Shown piece by piece: positions 19,511-26,848 of a DNA stretch of 46,285 nucleotides. A program made the position numbers and the translations under genes. Below the pieces are notes generated by a model. The model did not search any database, was not told the origin of the DNA, and saw only the letters and a program-made list of their open reading frames with translations. This DNA is from a virus. Its lineage: Duplodnaviria > Heunggongvirae > Uroviricota > Caudoviricetes. The stretch lies in the IMG/VR virus record IMGVR_UViG_3300025131_000004; one strand, 5' to 3'. Numbering within the stretch: position 1 is the first letter of the stretch; every line of letters begins with the position of its first letter.

Positions 19511-19884
19511 CTCTTCCTTAAGTAGGCCATTGCTGCTTCTAGGATCTCTAGCTGATCATCAGCGAATCCAAGCATGGAGTTATGCTTACGACACAAACAC
19601 CCACGAACCTTTCCTGTCTCATGATCATGGTCAACACAAAGATCTTCTTGAGTACCACAAATTTCACAACCATCAGAAATTAATGCTTCGTATTCTTCTG
19701 AGTTCAATCCATAAGTTCTGAGAATGTGATTAGTCTTATTCCTTTCTTTGTATTTTTCTCGATTTCTTTTAGCATACTCTTTAGCATATTCACGTCTGTG
19801 TTCTATCTGTTCTGTGCTTAGAGCGTATGTTTTCTGATATTCTTTTTGGTATCTCTTTAAGTTTTCAGGGTCTTTGAAGGGCAT
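19504..19884 (-). CDS. Endonuclease VII-family (His-Me finger) free-standing homing endonuclease
   Basis: YGL, CEICG, LCVDHDHETGKVRGCLCRKHNSMLG, AMAYL; visibly AT-richer than its flanks. Confidence 0.9.
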   Translation of the reverse strand: MPFKDPENLKRYQKEYQKTYALSTEQIEHRREYAKEYAKRNREKYKERNKTNHILRTYGLNSEEYEALISDGCEICGTQEDLCVDHDHETGKVRGCLCRKHNSMLGFADDQLEILEAAMAYLRKRC

Positions 19885-20900
19885 TAGTTAGCAAAGCCTC
19901 TTACCTTGACCTCCGATCCTGGTCTCTTGCGATTCTTTTCCAGCAAGAATTCCTCGATGGCCTCTTCCATGTCTTGTGCAGAGATCAATGGTGGTGCGAT
20001 ATCAAGTTCAGCTTCGAGAGTGATCTCAAGCGCTGCGTCTTCAGACACCGTGGTCGGAAGGGAGTCTAAAAACTCCTCAAACCTGGGTTGAAGCATAAGC
20101 TTGTGTGCCTGAGCCTTTCTCTTCTTAGCTATCTTGATTATTCCTTCAGCATCAGCGCCAGTCATTCTTTCCAACGAGGGCGTCAATGAACTCCAGTCGA
20201 TACCCTCCTCAAAAAGCTCTTTGCATGCCTTTCTCTCTGAAAGATCAGCATGAATCCTTAAGACATCGACAACACTTTCGGGAGTCAAATCTGAAAAGAC
20301 AATTCTGTTCTCCACCCTACCTGAACGTAGGATGGCCTTATCCATTATCTCTTCATTGTTGGTGACTAGGATGAAGTGGACATTTGGGTCCACTTTCATG
20401 CTCCCATCCATCCATACCAAGAAGAAATTGGTCTTTTTTCTGTCTGATTGTTGAATGCCGACAGTATCTCTGCTTGGTACTAAGATCTCGGCTTCGTCGA
20501 TGAATACAATCACCTTCTCACCTTGACTTGTACGCTCTGAAATTCTGTCTTTGTACTGCTTTAGGAATTCAATTGGTTCATCTACATATTTGGATGCGAT
20601 ATCCTCATACTTGATCTCTACCAAATGACATCCGATTTCGTTGGCCAAACACCTGATAGCATGGGTTTTTCCAGTGCCAGGTGGCCCAACAAGCAGTGTT
20701 CCTTTTGGTGGGTTGCTGTCCCAATAGCGGTATACAGCTCCATATTTGAGCTGTTCTGCCAATTCGGTCAGTTTTAATTTTGCTTCCTCTTGCCCACCTA
20801 AATGAGCAAGAGTAAGATGCTCGTCAATATTAGATACTAACTCGTTCCAGGTCAGTACCCTCTTCTCTTTGTCTCGAGCTCGTGACTTCTCCATCTGCAC
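19884..20900 (-). CDS. Classical-clade AAA+ ATPase (FtsH/PAN/CDC48-like single module)
   Basis: PKGTLLVGPPGTGKT, pore loop SKYV, Walker B VFIDEAE, second region of homology TNNEEIMDKAILRSGR, TGAD lid. Confidence 0.9.
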   Translation of the reverse strand: MQMEKSRARDKEKRVLTWNELVSNIDEHLTLAHLGGQEEAKLKLTELAEQLKYGAVYRYWDSNPPKGTLLVGPPGTGKTHAIRCLANEIGCHLVEIKYEDIASKYVDEPIEFLKQYKDRISERTSQGEKVIVFIDEAEILVPSRDTVGIQQSDRKKTNFFLVWMDGSMKVDPNVHFILVTNNEEIMDKAILRSGRVENRIVFSDLTPESVVDVLRIHADLSERKACKELFEEGIDWSSLTPSLERMTGADAEGIIKIAKKRKAQAHKLMLQPRFEEFLDSLPTTVSEDAALEITLEAELDIAPPLISAQDMEEAIEEFLLEKNRKRPGSEVKVRGFAN

Positions 20901-21666
20901 CTACGCGACTTCGAAGCTTCGCTAGAATTGCATGGTAGTGGCGCCAGACAGTATCTTTGTCTCGGCCAAGAGTCTCCGCGATCGCCTGTACAGACTTTTT
21001 TAAGACAAAATGATTATAAAGAATGAACCTCTCGTAGTTCGTCAATTCTCTGAACAGAGGATCCTTCGAATTCATGACCCACGCCATGTCCATTCGCTTT
21101 AGGTCCAGCGTCTCTTCAATGGATAGCTGTGACCCGTCATCTAGGACCGCTTCAAGAGAGAAGCTGGTGGTGTTACCCTCTGCATCATCTCTTTCTTCGT
21201 CGATATATATAGGGTCGTTCATCAAAGCATCGCTGGTAAGTTTGTTGAACCAGTCTTTGGTTCTGTACCTAAAATACTTGGTGATGTAGTAGACGAAGTT
21301 CACTCGACCCTGTTCGTTTGCGCGTACTTCGTATTTGTCTAGCAAGCCGATAAAGATAAGTAACAATTCATGATAGACGTCTTCTCTATCATAGTGTCTC
21401 ATCAGCTTTGCCATGTTCTTTCTTATAAGACTTAAACTCTGTGTTGTTTTGGGTCGCCCGGCCAAGAAGAGTGCAAGAAACTTAAAGGTATCTGAATTGC
21501 GGAAATTGATTTCTCCACCATGCAAGATACTCACATACTTCTTGAAGTAGTCATCGAAATTCTCTAGCAACTCTTTGAGTGCCAGGTTTCTATCTTGAAC
21601 TTCACTGTTCTTATAACGGGCAACCAACACATCGATTAACTCGATGTCTCGATTATGGGGCTTCAT
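20830..21666 (-). CDS. Phage sigma70-like factor
   Basis: Region-2-like EDVYHELLLIF...F..YI..YFRY and a region-4 HTH LTNYERFIL...SVQAIAETLGRDKDTVWRH...AKLR. Confidence 0.75.
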   Translation of the reverse strand: MKPHNRDIELIDVLVARYKNSEVQDRNLALKELLENFDDYFKKYVSILHGGEINFRNSDTFKFLALFLAGRPKTTQSLSLIRKNMAKLMRHYDREDVYHELLLIFIGLLDKYEVRANEQGRVNFVYYITKYFRYRTKDWFNKLTSDALMNDPIYIDEERDDAEGNTTSFSLEAVLDDGSQLSIEETLDLKRMDMAWVMNSKDPLFRELTNYERFILYNHFVLKKSVQAIAETLGRDKDTVWRHYHAILAKLRSRVGADGEVTSSRQREEGTDLERVSI

Positions 21667-21672
21667 GCCCTT

Positions 21673-21701
21673 ATGATAGAGGTTAGATCAGCCTACTGCA
21701 A
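21673..21701 (-). promoter_or_regulatory. Sigma70-type promoter, probably giving a leaderless transcript of the sigma gene
   Basis: Minus strand reads TTGCAG-N17-TATCAT-N6-ATG in one of the few intergenic gaps. Confidence 0.6.
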
Positions 21702-21702
21702 G

Positions 21703-22206
21703 CTATAGATTGTATTTCTTGCGCTCTTCTTCCCATCCATATAGCTTGAAGAAATCATCAAGAGGCATGAGGTAAAGAGTTTCTTTTGGGACTTCCTTGG
21801 TTTGGAAGATAAGTGTCGGCAGAGGCATCGACCTGTGAGCATTGATAGAAATCAGACCCTTATCATTTATCACTGCATATGTCTCATGCCTGGTCCACTT
21901 GCAGATAAGCAAGGGAAACTGATTCTTTCCTGTCTGACGTTTGGTCTGATCCCACCACTCAAAGATGGGACCCCCTCCTGCCATCGCAGCATCTAAGAAG
22001 GTATTGTTCAGCTCTTTGCACTCAATACAGAACTCGAACTCGGAGTCCACACGCCTCACGTCACCCACAAACTCCTGATCCTTGCCTCCGCCCTGCGTTC
22101 TCCTCCACTCACCCCCTAGGGCGTCTGTGAAGGCCTTTGCAATGCGTCTTTCGAATCTCTGTCCCTTTGCCCTGCTGCGTAACCCGCTGATATTACACCT
22201 CCACAT
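21703..22206 (-). CDS. Hjc-like PD-(D/E)XK Holliday junction resolvase
   Basis: SRAKGQRFER, GDV, IECKE, WWDQ. The start is uncertain: ATG at 22206 or ATC at 22191. Confidence 0.8.
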   Translation of the reverse strand: MWRCNISGLRSRAKGQRFERRIAKAFTDALGGEWRRTQGGGKDQEFVGDVRRVDSEFEFCIECKELNNTFLDAAMAGGGPIFEWWDQTKRQTGKNQFPLLICKWTRHETYAVINDKGLISINAHRSMPLPTLIFQTKEVPKETLYLMPLDDFFKLYGWEEERKKYNL

Positions 22207-22519
22207 GTGTCCAAGCCCGATTAAACTTGATATTAGTAACAACCGTTCGCAAAGCATCAAGTTCTAATTGCTGGTCACGGATATAATCATCAATATGTTG
22301 TAGAGATCCAGGGTAGGCATTCTCTCCAGGTCTGGAGTTCGTAAGCATTTGCCAGCCACCTCTATATTTACGACAGAGCTTTCGAAGAGTAACAACAGTT
22401 CGGTTGCGATTATACCCTCGTCCAGGATGAGCGGCTTCCACAACAACTCGTGGCCCTTCATAGCGGCTATCTATAACAATGTCAGCAACTTGAAGTTCTT
22501 CAAATTCTTCTTGGGTCAT
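22193..22519 (-). CDS. Hypothetical protein (108 aa)
   Basis: TAATG coupling with the upstream gene. Confidence 0.55.
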   Translation of the reverse strand: MTQEEFEELQVADIVIDSRYEGPRVVVEAAHPGRGYNRNRTVVTLRKLCRKYRGGWQMLTNSRPGENAYPGSLQHIDDYIRDQQLELDALRTVVTNIKFNRAWTHVEV

Positions 22520-22830
22520 TAATCATTCGCTCTGAATTCTGGATCTCTGAAGACTTGTTCTTCGTTATGGCCTTCCTTTCTCTCAAAGTGAGCCCAGACC
22601 CATTCCATTAAGCCTTGAATCTTTTCTCTCTTAGCCCACTTCTGTGGTGCATCGCCATAAGAACCGCCAGCCCATCTTTGTAACACTCTCAACTCATTGT
22701 CGGCTCGGGCGGCATCCTTGATAAACTCTATGGTCGCCTCAGGGAACTGACAGGCATTCGCTGCAGCAAGAGCAACGTCTCTCCTTGCCTCGAAATGTTT
22801 ACGTACAGCTATGTATAGGTCTTCGGTCAT
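22519..22830 (-). CDS. Hypothetical protein (103 aa)
   Basis: SD AAGGAG; coupled to the downstream gene. Confidence 0.6.
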   Translation of the reverse strand: MTEDLYIAVRKHFEARRDVALAAANACQFPEATIEFIKDAARADNELRVLQRWAGGSYGDAPQKWAKREKIQGLMEWVWAHFERKEGHNEEQVFRDPEFRAND

Positions 22831-23001
22831 TTCTTCCTTCTTTTGTATTGGATACTAGCTTCTTGAGTAAGATCCATTAGTCTTCGAGCATCGGAACACT
22901 CGAAACAAATCTTTTCTCTATGCCCCGTACCCGATGGGTACTGCGCTGTAGTCTGCTTTGCAATGGTCGCACGGATGATTGTAATCTGGTATCAAGCCCA
23001 T
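22799..23001 (-). pseudogene. Small CxxC...CxxC zinc-finger gene split by a +1 frame break
   Basis: The coupled ATG gives MGLIPDYNHPCDHCK...stop at 22918; the +1 frame continues ...GHREKICFECSDARR to TAA at 22799. Confidence 0.5.
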
Positions 23002-23648
23002 TAGTCCTTATCCTTCGCCTGAGCCTTCTTCCACTCGGCCGCTCTCCTTCGCTGTTCTCTTCGGAACTCTTTGGCTCTTTCTCGTTGCTGTTCAGCATAT
23101 CCTGAATCAACTCTTTCAGCTTTGAGTTTGACATACCTCTCCCTGCGTCGTGCTGCCGCAGAAGCTTTAGCGCGATCCTTGCTCTCTGTGTTTTGTTCAG
23201 GTTCAGTTCGTTGAATAGGTCTTTGATCATTTTCAGGTACCTCTGCCAATTTGTACTTTGCATACAGTAGGTCAGAGGTTACCTGCTCGTCATAGCGAAC
23301 AACTATATATGTAACTCCTGCCTCTAATGCGGCAAGTCGTTTTCTTTCGTCTCTTCCTTGTTGTTCTCTGAATTTTCTAATTGTTTCAGTCGGATCTTCT
23401 GATCCAAAAGCCACACACTCATAGTGCTGTCGGCCATGAACTTCGATAACCAATCGAAGCTCTTTGACATACCAATCAAACCTCTCTCTACCACTTTCAA
23501 AATCAGTATTGATACGGTTGACAGGGTATTCTTGAAACGATTGGTAACCGGTCCAAGGACTTTCTGTCCGTAGTATCTCACCGACCTGACGGTGCTGTTT
23601 AGAGGCCGTTTTTCGGTACTCATGTTTGAATCTGCTATCCTTGCTCAT
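23001..23648 (-). CDS. DUF559/Vsr-like PD-(D/E)XK endonuclease with a charged C-terminal coil
   Basis: QEYPV, RFDWYV, VIEVHGRQHY, RDERK, YIVVRY. Confidence 0.8.
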   Translation of the reverse strand: MSKDSRFKHEYRKTASKQHRQVGEILRTESPWTGYQSFQEYPVNRINTDFESGRERFDWYVKELRLVIEVHGRQHYECVAFGSEDPTETIRKFREQQGRDERKRLAALEAGVTYIVVRYDEQVTSDLLYAKYKLAEVPENDQRPIQRTEPEQNTESKDRAKASAAARRRERYVKLKAERVDSGYAEQQRERAKEFRREQRRRAAEWKKAQAKDKD

Positions 23649-23889
23649 TCAATTCTACTACAGCAATGGATGTTGAGTCGATAGGGTTTATTGCGGCCCA
23701 ATAAGCCTTTCCTTTTCCGTCTTCTTTTTCAGAACTACCAGTGGCCCAATAGGAATCATGGTGTCCTGATCTATACTTGACTGACCTGATCCCATCAAAT
23801 GAGACACTCGTCCATGTACACCCTATATCCACCAATGCTGAGAACATCGCTGCGATGATCTTAGGGTCAGGACTAAACTCTTCGGTCAT
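23635..23889 (-). CDS. Hypothetical protein (84 aa)
   Basis: Overlap-coupled small ORF. Confidence 0.5.
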   Translation of the reverse strand: MTEEFSPDPKIIAAMFSALVDIGCTWTSVSFDGIRSVKYRSGHHDSYWATGSSEKEDGKGKAYWAAINPIDSTSIAVVELNEQG

Positions 23890-24049
23890 TCTCGTATTTC
23901 CTTATCAGATAATCGTCTTCATCAATATCAGAAACCTTATCAAGCTCTTCTGTGTCGATAAAATCGATGTCTCCACAGCTCAGGCATACAAAGGCGACGA
24001 AATCATCTTCATCTACCAAGGTCCCTTCTGCAAAGATATGGTCACACAT
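23873..24049 (-). CDS. Small CxH...CxxC zinc-binding protein
   Basis: SD AAGGAG 6 nt before ATG 24049 (MCDHIF...CLSCG); the track extends the ORF to 24118. Confidence 0.55.
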   Translation of the reverse strand: MCDHIFAEGTLVDEDDFVAFVCLSCGDIDFIDTEELDKVSDIDEDDYLIRKYENDRRV

Positions 24050-24110
24050 TCTTTTCTCCTTTTCGCCACAGCATATATTGCACGTATGGTCATCAGGATT
24101 CGCGTGACAT

Positions 24111-24362
24111 CTAATCATTCGTTTCTTTTACCTCTTCTATCTCTAAGAATTCTACGGCTTGGTCAACGATAACCACGGTTTGATCTTCATCTTGAGCAAA
24201 GGCGTTTGTGACCTCTTGCTTGATGACCTCAAACATTTCTGTTGTCATGCCGCTGGTGTCTACACGTATCAGCAGCATTTCTCTTAGATTTGATATCTCT
24301 CCTTTTATTCCAGGAAAGACTTGAGTCTTCTCGCTATTCAACCCTGTCAATCTGTATAGCAT
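24111..24362 (-). CDS. Hypothetical protein (83 aa)
   Basis: SD AAGGAG; acidic small protein. Confidence 0.6.
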   Translation of the reverse strand: MLYRLTGLNSEKTQVFPGIKGEISNLREMLLIRVDTSGMTTEMFEVIKQEVTNAFAQDEDQTVVIVDQAVEFLEIEEVKETND

Positions 24363-24544
24363 ATTTCTCCTTCAATCTTACCAAGACAGGAAGACTGTCA
24401 AAGAAGTCCGTCCAAAGCCACTCACCCTTGTTAAAGACACGGACAGCGATGTTTGAACACTCTGGACACTCAAAGAATACAAAACATATTCCCGGATAAC
24501 CTTTCACGGAAGTCTCTATGACATAGTCCATTATGTGATCACAT
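24334..24544 (-). CDS. Small CxH...CxxC zinc-binding protein, start ambiguous
   Basis: CDH...ECPECS; the SD-linked ATG at 24544 is out of frame (ATG TGA); the next in-frame ATG is at 24531. Confidence 0.45.
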
Positions 24545-24583
24545 AAGACTCCTTCTTTTTCTAGATAAATGGTTCTTTGTCTA

Positions 24584-24880
24584 TTACTTTTCAGCCTTTT
24601 CAGTTTGAGTCGACGCTTTTGGCGTCTCTTCTCCTTTCCTGGACATAATAGTTGCTTCAAGATCCACGACCTCTAGGTCCTCTACCCATTTTTGTACGGG
24701 TTCTGGATTTCTATGTTCACATTCAACATCTGGGAGTGTGCACTCTGCCTTCACTCCCACTGCGTTCCATGGACACTGAACCCAGAGAGCATCTGTGCAG
24801 ATCCAATGGTCTGCGAGTCTGGGGACCTTAATGATTTTAGTCTTGTGATCCTGTAGTTCCACCGTCGTCTTCACTTTCAT
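24584..24880 (-). CDS. Hypothetical Cys-containing protein (98 aa)
   Basis: Packed ORF with four spaced Cys. Confidence 0.5.
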   Translation of the reverse strand: MKVKTTVELQDHKTKIIKVPRLADHWICTDALWVQCPWNAVGVKAECTLPDVECEHRNPEPVQKWVEDLEVVDLEATIMSRKGEETPKASTQTEKAEK

Positions 24881-25133
24881 TGTTCACCACCATAGTTCCA
24901 CGTACCTTGTAGATGCAGCGATAGACAGCCATGCACAAATCTTTTTCTTCATCATAATCATTGCAATTGGTAGCCTTGATGCGGCAGTTTACGACTTCGA
25001 TCTTTTGAGGACCCTGTGCCTTCACTGCTTCTTTGTACTGTGCCTTGGCCTGTTGCCGAATAAACTTTTCTCTGCCACCTGCCATTGCAGGACCATCGCT
25101 TAAGATTACTTTTGATCTGAGTTTCTTTGCCAT
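24837..25133 (-). CDS. Hypothetical Cys-containing protein (98 aa)
   Basis: Packed ORF with a basic N-terminus and four Cys. Confidence 0.55.
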   Translation of the reverse strand: MAKKLRSKVILSDGPAMAGGREKFIRQQAKAQYKEAVKAQGPQKIEVVNCRIKATNCNDYDEEKDLCMAVYRCIYKVRGTMVVNNESEDDGGTTGSQD

Positions 25134-25516
25134 TTAGCTGCTCTATCTCCTAGATATTTGTTATGAGCCAGCTTCATTGCGCTTGCTCTGTCTGAGTATA
25201 TCAGAGAGGGCTCCTCTTCCCATGGAATGATGACATTCAGCAAGCCGATCTCGTCTGCGTAGCCCCAGAGCTCATCAAAGAGATCTTGCGGTTCTACAAG
25301 CTTCAAACCAGACTGAGCTACCTCCTCTATAAAGAAGGTAGATGTCTTTCTGTCGATAAAGCACCAAAATTCACGCGTTCCTGCACGAATGATATTACTT
25401 AGTGGCATCTCCAGAACCGCTACTCGGATCCACCTTCGGTACTGTACCTGAGGCAGGGTCCCTGTCGCTGGTTCCGGATCGATCGCCACCCAATTCAGAT
25501 CCTTCGCTCTGATCAC
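25106..25516 (-). CDS. Hypothetical protein (136 aa)
   Basis: SD GAGGAG before the GTG start. Confidence 0.6.
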   Translation of the reverse strand: MIRAKDLNWVAIDPEPATGTLPQVQYRRWIRVAVLEMPLSNIIRAGTREFWCFIDRKTSTFFIEEVAQSGLKLVEPQDLFDELWGYADEIGLLNVIIPWEEEPSLIYSDRASAMKLAHNKYLGDRAAKWQRNSDQK

Positions 25517-25628
25517 GGATTAGCTCCTCTAAAAGACGCTGTTCTTCATCGTCCCAGTTGTTCTTGAATTCAATACTGCCATCATCATGAATGGTAAAGT
25601 TCTTTGTCTTAAACACTATTTGTTGCAT
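25395..25628 (-). CDS. Small hypothetical protein
   Basis: MQQIVFKTKNFTIHDDG... fills the 25516-25616 gap; long 3' overlap. Confidence 0.4.
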   Translation of the reverse strand: MQQIVFKTKNFTIHDDGSIEFKNNWDDEEQRLLEELIRDQSEGSELGGDRSGTSDRDPASGTVPKVDPSSGSGDATK

Positions 25629-26350
25629 CTCCTGATTAGCGAACACTGTTTGCACGCATATCTGTTGGGGTATGAGACCCCATTTGAGATAGAGTATACC
25701 AGTCCCAAAAGGCTGTCCCAAGTGTTTTGGTGGAAGTCTGCATTAGGATACAAGACATGCTCCTTAAACTTATAACGCGTTGTGTTGAGAGATAATCCCC
25801 GAATGGCTCTTATTTCCAAATCTGGAAGCATCCTTGAAACAGCCAAAGCGCCGGTTCTCATATACAGATCCCGACGAAATTCATTGGGGTCGGAGGACAC
25901 GTCCCAGAAGATCAGATCTACCGTATCGTCATCAACGGCTTGAATGACAGGTAGGGAGGAAAGCACGGAGTGTTGAAGTTTTGTAGAAGAGTCACCTGTG
26001 TTGGTATTCAAGGAAAATTCAAAGTTTACAAGAGCAGTCTTACCCTCTGTGTTTGAATACCAAGCATAGAGATCTTTAAGCAAGGTGATACAGCCATCAT
26101 TCTTTGCTTGTTCTATCTCGTTTTCAAGCTCTCTCTCTTTCCAGAAGGTTCTTAGCCACTTGCTGGACCAAGAGCTCCATGCAGTCTTCTTATTGGTTTC
26201 CAACTCACGTACAAAAGCATGTTGAAGCACTGTTCCCAAGTTACCTGAGAGCATGCTGGCGGAGTCAGGCTTGATAGCGCTGACTTCACTTTGCTCTCTG
26301 TACCATGGACAAAAAGAATGTGCTAGGAGGTCGCCAATAGTTAACTTCAT
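25616..26350 (-). CDS. Cas4/AddB-like PD-(D/E)XK-fold protein, probably nuclease-inactive
   Basis: N-terminal FCP and C-terminal CKQCSLIRRC (1+3 Cys pattern); no recognisable D...(D/E)xK. Confidence 0.6.
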   Translation of the reverse strand: MKLTIGDLLAHSFCPWYREQSEVSAIKPDSASMLSGNLGTVLQHAFVRELETNKKTAWSSWSSKWLRTFWKERELENEIEQAKNDGCITLLKDLYAWYSNTEGKTALVNFEFSLNTNTGDSSTKLQHSVLSSLPVIQAVDDDTVDLIFWDVSSDPNEFRRDLYMRTGALAVSRMLPDLEIRAIRGLSLNTTRYKFKEHVLYPNADFHQNTWDSLLGLVYSISNGVSYPNRYACKQCSLIRRCNK

Positions 26351-26847
26351 GAATCTGCATCTATCCTTAATACCTTGAAGCCCACATCACCTTTGGTGAA
26401 TACGTCCTTCAGCCTTTTTTGGTCTTTGGACAAGGCGGACTTTCCGCTCTTGATCTCCATGAAGTGGACTGCGCCCTTGTCTTCTGGCTTTTTGGGGTTG
26501 GGGAATCGAATACAAAGAAAATCAAAGATGGTGTTGAAGAGGATGACTCTATCATACTCAGCTTTCAGTCTTTGATACGCTGCCCACTCGGCAATCTCTC
26601 CTTTCACTACGTTTGTAGAGCCCTCAAAGGTTCTTAATGTCTTACGGGGAATGCCATCTGCGCTGGCCTTCAGTGCATCTATGCGTTGATTGATGCCCTT
26701 TATGCTCGCTTCGACTCGACTCGTGTCGATTCTGACTACAGGCGCAGGTATTTCTGGAGGCTTTCTGCTCTTCACCAAATAGAGAGCAAGGCCTGCAAGA
26801 ACCAGCGCTATGGCACAGGTTGTCGCAAGTATAATTTCTATGATCAT
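26347..26847 (-). CDS. Membrane-anchored Holliday-junction-resolvase-like endonuclease
   Basis: N-terminal TM (IILATTCAIALVLAGLALYLV), a coil, then KGEIAE, DFLCI, FMEIKSG, LSKDQK. Confidence 0.75.
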   Translation of the reverse strand: MIIEIILATTCAIALVLAGLALYLVKSRKPPEIPAPVVRIDTSRVEASIKGINQRIDALKASADGIPRKTLRTFEGSTNVVKGEIAEWAAYQRLKAEYDRVILFNTIFDFLCIRFPNPKKPEDKGAVHFMEIKSGKSALSKDQKRLKDVFTKGDVGFKVLRIDADS

Positions 26848-26848
26848 A

